A DNA stretch of 62,408 nucleotides, the filler included, from Rhizaria sp. SCN 62-66 (taxonomy: Eukaryota), in assembly GCA_001724265.1 (NCBI GenBank). It is 4 parts of 4 records of this genome, joined end to end, with 100 filler letters (N's around TTAATTAATTAA, not from the genome) between each part and the next. Parts side by side here need not be neighbours in the genome. Positions count along the whole stretch, not along the records: positions 21,260 to 36,862 come from MEDY01000705.1; 3 more parts are not named here. The stretch is one strand, 5' to 3'. Below the pieces are notes generated by a model. It made no database searches. It saw only the letters and a program-made list of their open reading frames with translations, and had not been told where the DNA came from. Positions 23,750 to 34,700 of the stretch are shown here, piece by piece. Position numbers and translations under genes: made by a program. Positions within the stretch are counted from its first letter, which is position 1. Every line of letters starts with the position of its first letter.

Positions 23750-26700
23750 TTAAACGTCATAAGTGCTGCCGGTGGCGGTCATCTCGATGCCAGCGTTTCT
23801 ATCTTCCGTCGCAACCTTGCTGCCCGTAGTCGTGGAGCCAGAGGAGCCGGAAGACGCGAAGCAGCAGCACTTGTTGCACCACAGGATAAGCACGATGGCG
23901 ACAATAATGAGGAAACCGCCGACACCGACGACGACACCGATAATGATATCGTCCGTGTTGCTCGACTTGGCCGTGGCCTCGACGGTGCCGGTGCCGGTGC
24001 CAACGGGCAGGTTACCGCAGTCGGAGCCGCACGCGTCGTCGCTGACGCCAATGTTGCTCGGGTCCGCCGCGCTGAGCGTTGCGCCCGTGCTCTGGCCTGT
24101 GGTCAGCGCCGTGATGATCGCCTGGAGCGCCGTATACGTCTCAGTCATGTCCACCGTGGCCTGCGCGGTGAAGCGCGACGCGAAGCGGGCCGCGGGCGTC
24201 AGGGGTGTCATGGGGCGCGTGCGGGCCATGTGCGCGGCGAAAGCGACGGGCAGTGCGGCGGTCTTCTGCGAGACGGCAAAGCAGTCGGGGCCGGCGTAGA
24301 TGAGGATGTTGGCAAACTTGCCCTTCTTGGCCGAGACGGTGCGCACGTTGACGACAGAGAACTGCACCGAGGGCTTGCCGCCGGCGGTCTTGAGGTCCGT
24401 TTGGAGCGCGGCGGACCACACGACGAGCTGTGTGGCCTCGTTGGTGGCGCCTAGGAACGGCATCGCGCTCTGCGGGAAGACGAGGCGCAGGTTGGCAACG
24501 CGGCAACCGCAGTTCTCGTCGAAGTAGCCCGCCTTGCACGTGCACTTGCACTTGGAGGAGATGGAACCCACGGTGCCGTCTGGGTTACAAGCGAGATTAC
24601 ACGCGTCGCAGAGCGGGCCGCCGAAGGGTGAGTCCACGGGGCAGGCGCAGGCTTCAGTGCAGACAGTCGAGTCGGTGTCGTCGTCGTAAGTCGACGACGG
24701 GACGCCGCCGTTGGCGCACGTGACGCCGGCGCATTTGGCAACGGCGACGTTGCACAGCGCGTCCGAAAAGAGGGCGTCACCGTTGCTCGCGGTGCGGCAG
24801 TTGCACTTGGCCTTGTTGTTGACCACCGAGCAGCTGGGGCTCTCGGTGTTGAGCGCGTTGCACGACACGGCCGCGCACGGCGACACCTCGCAGAACGGGC
24901 CGGTCCACCCGCCCTGGCACGCGCACTGGCCCGTGGTGGAGCTGCACGTGCCGCCATTCTCGCACGCGTAGTCATTGGCGTCGTCGGTGTCGCAGAGCGT
25001 GCCGACCACGACGGTGGTGCTGGCCGAGACCGCGGGCGAGAGGAACACAGTCACGGTGTGCTTGCCGGGCGCGAGGCGGTAGTGCACGCCGTTGATGAAC
25101 GAGTACCCGTCGCCGATCGACTCGTCGCCGGTGTTGACCGCGGCCGAGAAGCCGGGCGGCGTGTACAGCACAGACACTTTGACGTTGGTCGTGTCGACCG
25201 CGTTTGTGGTCCAGTACACCTTGATGCCGCGCGTTGCAGTGTCCCACGTGGCGTTGAGCCCCGAGAGCGAGACGGAAGTGCTGCACCCGGCGTCGAAGTA
25301 GTTGGCGCGGCACACACACGTGGCCAGCACGTCGTCGTAAGTCGTGCCGGCGACCGTGTAAGACTCGAAGCCCGAGCACGTGCCCTGGTTCGGGGTGCAC
25401 GACACGGCGGGCGTGCCGCAGTTGACGTACGTGGGCGGCTTGAACTGGCTGTCGCAGACAAAGTCGGCGACGACGACAGTCTCGCTGGTGGTGGAGTTGA
25501 CGTACCCGCACTGGACCGAGTTGGTGATGATCGACTTGCACAGCGGCGCGGAGGAAGTCACACACGATGCCGACGGGGTGGTCATCCAAGCCATGTCCGT
25601 GCCGCAAGCGGGGAGGTTGTTGCATGTCGCGTGGATCTGCTGGCCGGCCAGTGTGCACAGGTTGATGCTCTCAGCCTCCTCGCCATTGTCCATGCACACA
25701 CCGACACGCGTGGCGGTGGTGCCGCACGTGACGAGCTTGTTGTCGGCGTCGTAGCACGGGCTCTGGTTGTTGAACACCACTTGGCACCCGTCAAGGCTGG
25801 GCGCGCATGTCTTCACAAGCTTAATCTCAGCCAGCTCGCTCTTGACCGCGCTGGGGCAGTTCGCGCCGAGGTCTTCGAGGCTGTTGGCGCTGGCGACGCA
25901 CACGGCCACGCGCTCCAGCGACGGGTTGTAGTGGCAGGAGTTGTCGGAGGTGGAGGCGCACGTGCCGAAGCCGCCCGTGCCGTCGTTGTCGGCGCAGGGG
26001 ACCATGTCGGCCTCGGTGGTGGAGTAGCACTTCCACAGCGCGTCGGGACACGTGTACTCCTGGCACGGCAGCGTGTACGCGGGCTCCGCTTCAGTGCACA
26101 GGGAGCTGTTACTGGCGCCACCCGCGTAGACGCCGTTGTTGAGGCGCGCGCAGAAGGGCTCGTTGTCGCGCGCACCGACGCCGCAGTCGGTGTCGCAGGC
26201 GCCAAACTGTGACGTGTCGTTGCGACTGCACACCAGGCCGGCCACAGGAACGCCCTGGGAGTCTGCGCCGTCGCAGCGCCAGTCAAAGGTGCAGGCGAGG
26301 CCAGGCGTCATGAGGCTGCTGAAGCCCGAGGCGAGCGTCATCTTAACGGAGAACCGGTCGGCAGAAGGCACGAGCTTAGTGGTTAAGTCGCAGTCGCTAG
26401 TGACGGCGAAATCGAGCGTGAAACTCATCGTGGCCATCGAGGTGGGAAGCTCATTACTCAGCGGGAGCGTGATAACGCCGTCGACAATGCTACCAGTGAC
26501 CGTGCTCGTGGCGAAACCGTCCGCGGAGACGGTGATGACCAAGCTGGAGTTGTCCTTGTAGAGGTTGGTGAGGCCCGTGCTGGAGAGCTTGATTGTGCCC
26601 GCGTCGGCGCCGATGGACAGCGTGGCGTAAGTCAGCTCAAGCTCGAGCGTCGACTCGGTGAGCTCGGCCTCGGTCAACGTAACATCGACGCCCGTCACAA

Positions 26701-29700
26701 TGGTGCACTCGGCGCCGGAGAACTGTGCCTCGAGCGTGCCAGAGTAAGTCGCAACGGCCACAGCGGGGTTGGGCGTGAGAGCAAACATGATGGCGGAGTC
26801 ACAGTCGAGGCTCGTGTTGAGCGTGGGATAGACGGTGATGAGGCCCTTTTTGGGGAGAATGTTGATGCCGTCAATGTCGAACGACACGGTGATGGCGCCG
26901 GTGGCGGAGTTGTATGCCAGACTCGCGGAGGCGCCGGTGACCGGGAGGCCCGAGGTGGAGTCGATCACAGGCACAGGATTTGCAGACACGCCCGTGAACG
27001 GGTCTGCGTTTTGCGTGTTCATGCGCGTGATGGTGAAGGCGTTGTTGAGGAAAACATCATCGTCGTTGCCGAAATCGGCCCAGGACACGATAAAGCCCTT
27101 GTTGCTGGCGGGCGCGGCCTGGACCTCAGTGGTGAGCTTAAGTCCGTCAAAGATGGAGGGGCACAGCGGGGAGACGTAGTCAATCACTAGTGCGTCGGCG
27201 CCGGGGGCCACGGTCTCTGGCTCTAACGCCACGGCAGACTCGTCGCCCGAGGAAAGCGTGTATGGCGTCGTCGTACTGCACACAGCATCCGGGTTGAGTG
27301 CGGTCGTCAACATCACGCGGCCCTGGGCGGGCACTGCGGTCGTCGTGGTTGGACTGAACGAGACGACAAAGGCACCGGCGTCAATGGCAACGGCGGCGAT
27401 GCCCTGGACGGACGTGTCGGTCGCGAGGTCGGTGAGTGAGATGGTAACGGTCTGGGTGAAATCAAACGCGTCGCTGCCGGCCGCGGGGGGCGCGAGACGG
27501 AAGCTCGACACAAGCGGCACGCCTTCCGTGTTGACAAAGCCGCTCCAAACAATGCCGAAGTTAAACACGTCGTTCGCGGTGACCGTCTCAACGTAGACGC
27601 CGCTGAACGTCGCGGGCGTGGGGCACGCGTCCATGGCGATGTCGGCGGCCAGCGAGCCGACGCCTGCCTCGACCGCGAGCGTCGAGGCCGAGCTGGCGGT
27701 GTACTGTGACGTCTTGCCGCACAGGTGCAGGTCCATCTTGAGCGTGACGCCGACGACGAACGAGGCTTTGGTCGGCAGCAGCACGGCACCCGTTGCGGGC
27801 GTGAACGTGACCGTGATCGCGCCGTCCGCCAGCGCGGCACTGGCAGTGGCGCCGCCGCCGATGTCAATGGTGGCGGCGGAGGCGGCAAGCGCGTCGATGA
27901 CGTCCGAGTCGCCAGCGGTGAGCGAGAGCACGACGGGCAGTGCGGCCTCGTCGTCCGGGCTGCTGACGCCCGTCCACGAGATCTCGAAGCCAGTCGGCGT
28001 GGCGGAGGCAACGCCCTGGGTGACCCAGGCGAGCGAGAAGCCGGAGTACTCGAAGCACACCAGCGAAGTCGCCGCCACGGTCAGCGCGGAGCTGGAGCCC
28101 TGCAGTGAGAAGTTCTCGGAGTCGGAGTCGGTGAAGGCGAGCGTGTAGTCGGTGCTCAGCCCGCAGGTGGCGCTCAGGACGCCGTCGAAGGTGACGGTGC
28201 CAGTGGTGGGCCAATCGCCCGTCGAGAGACCGGTTTCGCCGAAAGCCAGCGTGAAGCTGTTGTCGGCCGCGTCGAACGTGACGGTGAAATACTTGGAGGT
28301 GCTGCCAGTGACGAAGTGCTTGTTGTCAGCGGCCTCAGCAAGCGCGGTGAACACGGCGACCGCGCCAGCAGCAGGCGCAATCGTCAGCGAAGGGAAATCC
28401 GACACGAGCACGCCGTCCACGTTGGTGAACCCGGTCCACGACACGGAGATCGCGCCGTGGCCGTCGAACGCGAGAGCGGCGCCTGACAAGACGGGGCAGG
28501 CCACGGCGCGCGCGCTCGTGGTGAGCAGACTCGGCGTCGGGTTGGCCACGGTGGCGAAGGCGGTGTTAGCCGAGGACAGCTCGTACACCGTCGCAGCGGG
28601 CATGTCGGGGCACGCCGACTCCGTGACCGCGTGCGCGGACGGACTTAAGATGACGTTGGCTGAAGCGGGCACAGTGGCGCCGTCGGCCAGCACAAACTGG
28701 AGTGTGATGACGCCGTTGACGCTCTCGGCATTGACGCTGAGACCCAAGTCCGCAGACGACCACGTGGCGTTCCAAGCGTCGGCGTACACCGCGGGGGCCG
28801 ACGAGGAGGCGCGCTGAACCACGAGCGCGGGCGCGAGCGTGTTGAACGACGCCACGGTAGTGGCGGTCCACGTGACCGCGAGTTGCAGGTCGCCGCTGGG
28901 CTGGGAAGCCACGAGCTTGATGTTGGTGAAGGCGATGGGGCAGTTGCTCCAGACGTAGGTCGCTGCGAGCGAGCCCTCGGTGGCGGCCGCAATGGTGGTG
29001 ACGTTAGCGATGTCGGCGACGGCGAAGCGCGCGTGCGTGTCGCAGGGGAACTGCGTGCTGACGCGCGCGGGGACGACGTCGATCCAGGCCGCCGACGGCA
29101 TGGACCCCACTCCGGCGAACGAGAGCGAGACAACCGAGTCCACGACGGTGGCCGTGACGGTCCAGCCCGCAATGACGCCGGCGGCGTCGCTGATCACGGC
29201 GGTGAGCTGTGAGGTCGTGTCGGCCAGCAGCACGGGCGGCGGGTTCTGCGTCGTGTCGGAGAGAGAGATCCGCACGATGTCGGTGAGATCGTGGCGGTTA
29301 GACGTGAGCCCGGTCCACGCAAAGCGGAAACCCGTGGAGCCTGCTTGCACGGCCGCGGCGGTGCTGTCGGCGTAGGGCGTGGTGAGGGTGACGCCCGAGA
29401 AAACGCTGATGCAGGGCATTGAAGAACCCAAGAACGGTGCGGTGTCGCCCTGCAGGGTGAGCCCCTGGGATCGGAACACAGGAGTAAAAGCCTGGTAACT
29501 AATCAAACCGCAATACATGCTCAGCACCATCTCGAGCTCAACCGAGCCTGTGGCCGGGAACGCGAGTGTGTCATCGGTCTGAGTGAAGGAGACGTACAGG
29601 TCACTTTCGTAGCCCCACATCTGCGCAAACGTGTTTGTGCTGCCGGTGACCGGCACAGTAACGTTGGGATATCTGGCGTCCGAGTACGTGTAGTACTGGG

Positions 29701-30751
29701 TGGTGTTCGTAATCCACGGTGCCACGAGGAAGTTGGCCGGAGCCTGCTCCAGCGTCACACCATCGACGTTACTAATTCCTGTCCAAGCGATGTAGAGCTT
29801 GTTGACGTCCTTCTGCTCGACGGTCAGGCCCAGCAGCGCCGGGCAGGCGGGGTTCCGCGCCGAGGCCATGAGCGTAGTGCCTGCCACGGTGGCCGCTGCG
29901 TTGGCCGAGGCGAGCGTGAGAGTGCTGGTGTACGAGTTGGCGCACGACAGCACGCCGCTGAGGTAAGTGAGCGGGATCACAAGCGTGCCACTCTGCGGGA
30001 CTGAAGAACCAGCGGGCACGGTAAAGGCGAGCTTGATCGGGCCCGTAGTGACGGCCAGCGAGGCCGTCACAGTCACGTCGCTGTTGGTGAGCGCCAAGGG
30101 GAGATCCGCAAAGGTCGCGAACAATGTTTGGTCCATGGAGATCTGGAGCGTCGGTGCAGTTTCGCTGTCAGCGGAGGCAATCGCAGTCCAGTCCACGGTC
30201 AACTGCGGCTTGCCGGCAACGATGGCAAAGGCGATGGAGGCGCCGGTGAAGTCAACGGGCGGGCACAGCGGCCACTCGTAGTCCGCAGTCGTGGTGGCCG
30301 GGGTGAGGGTGGTGGAGGTGTCGTTAGCGGTAAGACTATAGGGCAGGACAGTGCCGCACGCGGGGGAATACGAGTTGAAGCGAGTCAGGGTAACAATCAG
30401 GTTGCCCGAGGCGGGGAGTCCGGTTGAACAGATGGGCAGGAGAGTGATGTCGTTCAGGTTTACTCCAGTGCTGACAATCAGCGATTCACAGCCGGAGAGG
30501 CTGGCAGAGATGGTTGCGAAGTAGAAGGATGAGCCAACGTTGACGTCCCTCAGAAGGAAAGTGGGCTGGTCAGTGCCCGTGATGCTTGTCCAAGAGATAA
30601 CAAAGGTGTCAGTACCATCAGTCGCCGGGGCCCTAGTGGTGGTTGTTAGGTTAACTCCGTTAAGAGAGACGGCGCAGACAAAAGCGAGGCAGAAGGCCAA
30701 CACCGTAAACAGCGGAGCAGTGGTTGCCCGCCAAAGACGTCGTGAAGCCAT
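23750..30751 (-). CDS. 2333-aa type I membrane surface/adhesion protein
   Basis: N-terminal signal peptide; repeated beta-rich ~120-130 aa units with a W-T/S-G/A motif; Cys-rich TSP1-like and EGF-like modules (CENGGTC...CACQGGWTGPFC); TM IIIGVVVGVGGFLIIVAIVLILW; CNKCCC cluster and short tail. Ends in TAA. Confidence 0.85.
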   Translation of the reverse strand: MASRRLWRATTAPLFTVLAFCLAFVCAVSLNGVNLTTTTRAPATDGTDTFVISWTSITGTDQPTFLLRDVNVGSSFYFATISASLSGCESLIVSTGVNLNDITLLPICSTGLPASGNLIVTLTRFNSYSPACGTVLPYSLTANDTSTTLTPATTTADYEWPLCPPVDFTGASIAFAIVAGKPQLTVDWTAIASADSETAPTLQISMDQTLFATFADLPLALTNSDVTVTASLAVTTGPIKLAFTVPAGSSVPQSGTLVIPLTYLSGVLSCANSYTSTLTLASANAAATVAGTTLMASARNPACPALLGLTVEQKDVNKLYIAWTGISNVDGVTLEQAPANFLVAPWITNTTQYYTYSDARYPNVTVPVTGSTNTFAQMWGYESDLYVSFTQTDDTLAFPATGSVELEMVLSMYCGLISYQAFTPVFRSQGLTLQGDTAPFLGSSMPCISVFSGVTLTTPYADSTAAAVQAGSTGFRFAWTGLTSNRHDLTDIVRISLSDTTQNPPPVLLADTTSQLTAVISDAAGVIAGWTVTATVVDSVVSLSFAGVGSMPSAAWIDVVPARVSTQFPCDTHARFAVADIANVTTIAAATEGSLAATYVWSNCPIAFTNIKLVASQPSGDLQLAVTWTATTVASFNTLAPALVVQRASSSAPAVYADAWNATWSSADLGLSVNAESVNGVITLQFVLADGATVPASANVILSPSAHAVTESACPDMPAATVYELSSANTAFATVANPTPSLLTTSARAVACPVLSGAALAFDGHGAISVSWTGFTNVDGVLVSDFPSLTIAPAAGAVAVFTALAEAADNKHFVTGSTSKYFTVTFDAADNSFTLAFGETGLSTGDWPTTGTVTFDGVLSATCGLSTDYTLAFTDSDSENFSLQGSSSALTVAATSLVCFEYSGFSLAWVTQGVASATPTGFEISWTGVSSPDDEAALPVVLSLTAGDSDVIDALAASAATIDIGGGATASAALADGAITVTFTPATGAVLLPTKASFVVGVTLKMDLHLCGKTSQYTASSASTLAVEAGVGSLAADIAMDACPTPATFSGVYVETVTANDVFNFGIVWSGFVNTEGVPLVSSFRLAPPAAGSDAFDFTQTVTISLTDLATDTSVQGIAAVAIDAGAFVVSFSPTTTTAVPAQGRVMLTTALNPDAVCSTTTPYTLSSGDESAVALEPETVAPGADALVIDYVSPLCPSIFDGLKLTTEVQAAPASNKGFIVSWADFGNDDDVFLNNAFTITRMNTQNADPFTGVSANPVPVIDSTSGLPVTGASASLAYNSATGAITVSFDIDGINILPKKGLITVYPTLNTSLDCDSAIMFALTPNPAVAVATYSGTLEAQFSGAECTIVTGVDVTLTEAELTESTLELELTYATLSIGADAGTIKLSSTGLTNLYKDNSSLVITVSADGFATSTVTGSIVDGVITLPLSNELPTSMATMSFTLDFAVTSDCDLTTKLVPSADRFSVKMTLASGFSSLMTPGLACTFDWRCDGADSQGVPVAGLVCSRNDTSQFGACDTDCGVGARDNEPFCARLNNGVYAGGASNSSLCTEAEPAYTLPCQEYTCPDALWKCYSTTEADMVPCADNDGTGGFGTCASTSDNSCHYNPSLERVAVCVASANSLEDLGANCPSAVKSELAEIKLVKTCAPSLDGCQVVFNNQSPCYDADNKLVTCGTTATRVGVCMDNGEEAESINLCTLAGQQIHATCNNLPACGTDMAWMTTPSASCVTSSAPLCKSIITNSVQCGYVNSTTSETVVVADFVCDSQFKPPTYVNCGTPAVSCTPNQGTCSGFESYTVAGTTYDDVLATCVCRANYFDAGCSTSVSLSGLNATWDTATRGIKVYWTTNAVDTTNVKVSVLYTPPGFSAAVNTGDESIGDGYSFINGVHYRLAPGKHTVTVFLSPAVSASTTVVVGTLCDTDDANDYACENGGTCSSTTGQCACQGGWTGPFCEVSPCAAVSCNALNTESPSCSVVNNKAKCNCRTASNGDALFSDALCNVAVAKCAGVTCANGGVPSSTYDDDTDSTVCTEACACPVDSPFGGPLCDACNLACNPDGTVGSISSKCKCTCKAGYFDENCGCRVANLRLVFPQSAMPFLGATNEATQLVVWSAALQTDLKTAGGKPSVQFSVVNVRTVSAKKGKFANILIYAGPDCFAVSQKTAALPVAFAAHMARTRPMTPLTPAARFASRFTAQATVDMTETYTALQAIITALTTGQSTGATLSAADPSNIGVSDDACGSDCGNLPVGTGTGTVEATAKSSNTDDIIIGVVVGVGGFLIIVAIVLILWCNKCCCFASSGSSGSTTTGSKVATEDRNAGIEMTATGSTYDV

Positions 30752-31588
30752 CTGTTAAAAGAAGAAAGTCAGACAAAAGGAAATCAGAGCGTTCGAATGT
30801 TGATGTGAGCTAGATTGGAAGAGGTGGGGCGAGGAGAATGACAAGCTGGAGAGGATTGGGAGGAGCCTGGCAAAGAGGCGTATGAGCGCTCATTATTATG
30901 TTTCAACAAAAAGCACAAACAAATATATAAAGTCAACGCTTCAAATCAGCCCAAAAACTTATTAAGATGCGCGTGACAAGGCTACGAAGCCCCGTATACA
31001 GCCGGGGAAACGTGGCTTTTGCCGCTCCACGCGCTGCCTAAATGGCCGTTGAGTCACAATTTGACATGCACACCATACAAACAGTGTTGAAGCGAAGGAA
31101 AAAAAAAAGAACTATCTTTAAAACAACGAGTGAAGTACAAATCATAAGGGAGAAACTCCTTTCATCCGCTTTACAGGTCGAAATTTCTCTGTTTCGTTGG
31201 CTACTCAAAAAAGGATGGGCCGTGGACGGACAGTGCGTCCGTCGTTGGAGGTCTAGATTTCTGGGGACTAAAAGGATTACCTCAACTCCTCCTTGGTTTG
31301 AGGTGAGACTCCGACGAATAGAGACGAGCTGATTCCAGAAATGATTGATCACAATCGCCAATGAGGTTACTTTATGTATTTTATGTGTGGACTCTGTACT
31401 TTTCGTGTTATGCGGTGTTCGCGGCACCAACAACTCGATTAACCGTTCTTGCTGGACTCTTCCGATCTCAAACCACTCACAATCGCTCTTCTGACCATTT
31501 CCACACTGCTCGCCATGATAATGCTCTCAATATGCTTACATTTACTCTTCCTTCGTGTCATATCAACATACACTAAAGCCTGCTTAGC

Positions 31589-31664
31589 TCAGAATGTCGA
31601 CGTCATGAAGTCGAACACGTCAGTGCCGCTCTGCTGCGACAACTGCTCCTGACTCCCCGCATCG

Positions 31665-31721
<57 letters not shown>

Positions 31722-34700
31722 AGCTGCCGCTGCTGGTGCTGCTGGTGGTACTGGTGACTGCTGTTGCTGGCGAGCTTTTTGCGCTTCACCGCCGCCGCAC
31801 CCGCCGCAGTCGCCGCCGCAGCGACAGCCGCCGGCCTGCGCAACGCGCTCAGCACCGCAACACTACCATTGCTACTGTTGTAGCCGTTGCTGTGGCTGCT
31901 GCTGCTGCCGTTGTTGTGACTATAGCTAGCCTTCCGCACCACCCCGGCCCCGGCCCCAGCCCCGGCCCCGGTCGCTGCGGTGGCCGCCGCCGCCGGTGTG
32001 CGCGGCTTGGCCAGCGGCGTGAAGTCGTACACCGACGCTGCACTGGCACTGGCACTAGCATTGGCAGACGCTGTGTTTGCGCTGTGGCCGTACTTGTGGA
32101 CATGAGTGCCGCTGCGGACGGGCGTGAGCGGCGGAATGCCGGTGCCGGTGGCGGTGCCAGCGCCGGTGGCGGCGGTGCTCGTGCGCGCCGCCCAGTTGCT
32201 GTTGTGCCCCGCTTGCGCTGGCGCTGACGACGGCAGCGACGACGTCAGCGTAGACGGCGCGCAAGGCGTGCACTGAGCCTTGCTGCTGCTGCTGCTGTTG
32301 GTGTTGATGTTGTTCGGCAAGTGCGCACTGGCGTTGTCAATTGTGGCGTGCTTGCTTTGCGCGTGCGCATGAGTGGGAGTGTTTGAGTTCGAATTACCGC
32401 CAGCGAATGCGAATGCGTACGGATCGACAACAGCCACAGACGGCAGCTTACGACTTGCGGCAGAGTCCGCCGTGGCATTCGCGGTCCGCGGGCGCACACT
32501 TCCCGTCGCAACGGCACTGCGCTGCTTCGACTGCGCCTGCGCCTGCGCCTGTGATGGTGACTGCGACTGCGGCTGTAAGTGTGAGTGTGAGTAAGACTGC
32601 TGCAAGCGCGGCTGCGGCGGCTGCGGCGGCTGCGGCTGTGTGCGAACACTTGTCTGCTGCTTCTGAGAGCCGCTGTAGTTGGACACGTCATCATCATTGT
32701 TGTCGTTGTGTTGCTGCTGCCACGTGCTATCGTCATTGTCATCATTGTCGTCGTCGCTGTCATTATAGCCATGCCCGTGACTGTGATTAACAGTGCGCGC
32801 GTTGCGGTTGCCGCTGTCGCCATGGCTGCCGCTGCCGCTGCCACGCACTGCGTTTTCCTTGCCACTTTGCACTCGCGCTCGCGCCTGCGCCTGCGACTGC
32901 GGCTGCAAGTGTGACTGCCGAGAGTGTTCCTGCAGCGAAGGCTTGCGGGGCGACTCGAAAATCGACGGCACACGGCCCATGGCACCACACGCGTTGTATT
33001 GCGTGTGCACATGCACACTGCGCTGCTGATGCTGCTGCTGCTGTTGCTGTTGTGTGGCGCCGGTAGTTCCGGCAGTGGCAGCAGTGGCGGATGCAAGGAG
33101 CTCTTCGGCGTCGACTTCGTCGTCGGAACTGAAGCCGCCGTCGCCCAACAGCTGCGCGCTCGGCTTGACGGTCACCGGCGCACTCGCGCGCTGCTGCTGG
33201 TGCATTACATGCTGGTGCTGTTGCTGTTGCTGTTGTTGTTGCAGAAGTTCGCGGTTTTGGAGTTCGCGTTCGCGGCGCTGGAGCTGCTGCTCACGGTCAC
33301 GCTGCTCACGGTCACGTTGCTCCTGCTCACTGTGCTCTTGTGCAATGCGCTCGCGCTCAGTGCGCTCCAGCTCAAGCCGTTTGCGTTCAAGACGTTCGCG
33401 TTCAACACGCTCACGCTCGCACTGCTGCTCGCACTGTTGTTCTTGCTCACACTTCTCGCGCTCAGCCCTCTCAGCACGCTCTGCCCGCTCGCGCTCTTGC
33501 TGTTCACGCTGCTCTTGCTCTTGATGTTCACGCTCCTGTTGCTCGCGCTGTTCTTGCTCGCGTGCGGCGCGCAGCTTGTCCTCCGCGGCGGCCAACGCGC
33601 TCTGCAGCTTCGCGCGCGTTTTCTCCGCGGCGGCGGTACGCTTCGCCACCTCCGCGGCCCTGCGCGCGGCCTGCTCGGCCATCGCGGCGCGGAACGCCGC
33701 GGTCGCCGCCACGCGCGCCTCCGTCTCGGCGCGCGCGCGCAGCAGGCCGCCGCGGCGCTGCTGCTCCGCGTTCATCGCGCCCCGCGCGGCAGCCACGCGC
33801 GCGTCCAGCCCGGCGCGCTCCTGCGCAACAGCCTCCAGCTCTGCAGCTGCGGCAGCCGCGGCAGCAGCAGCCTCAGCGGCAGCGGCTGCGGCGGCGGCGG
33901 TATCAGCGCTGGCGGTGCCAGCCCCGGTATCGCTCTCGCTCTCAGCGCCAGTGCCACTGCCAGTGCCGCTGTCGGCGGCCGCGGCCTCGAGCGCTGCGAG
34001 CTCTGCGACTGCGGCGGCGTGGGCCTGCCGCGCTGTGTCTCGCGCGGCCGCGGCGGCGTTGCGCTTCGCGCCGCAGCTCTCCACCTCCGCGCGCGCGTTC
34101 TCCGCGGCCTTGGTGGCGTCACTGCGCGCCGTGGCGAGATCGGCCACAAGCGCGGTGTGGCGCGCGGCCAGCGCGCAGTGCTCCTGCGCGCGCGCGGCGA
34201 CGTCGGCGCGGCGCTGCTTGGCCTGGGCCGCCCCGCGCTGCGCGTCGGCCAGCGCGGCCACGGCGCCGGCGCGCAGCGTCTCGGCCCGCGCGGTCGACGT
34301 CACCGTCACAGCGCTGCTCTCGCCGTCGTCGTCGCCGTCGTCGTCGTCGCCAACACCGGCAGCAGCGGCGGCGTCCTGGCGGTCGAGCTCCACCGCGGCG
34401 GCTAATAACGCGCCGGCCTCTTCGGCGGCGGCGGCGGCGCGCGCCAGCGCCACGTCGCGCGCATGCTCGACCCCTGCGCGCTCTGCTGCCGCGGCAGCGT
34501 GGTCCGACTCCGCCGCCGCGCAGTCTCCGGCGGTGACGGCCGCGGCGGCGCGCAGGGCGGCGCAGCGGGCGCGCGCCGCGGGGAGTGGGCCGCTGGCCGC
34601 GTCGGTCAGCGCGCGGAGCGCGGCGCAGTCGCTCTGCGCGGTTTCCACGGCGGCTGCGGCCTCTGCGGCGGCGCGCGCGGAGACGTCGCGCGCCGTGGTG

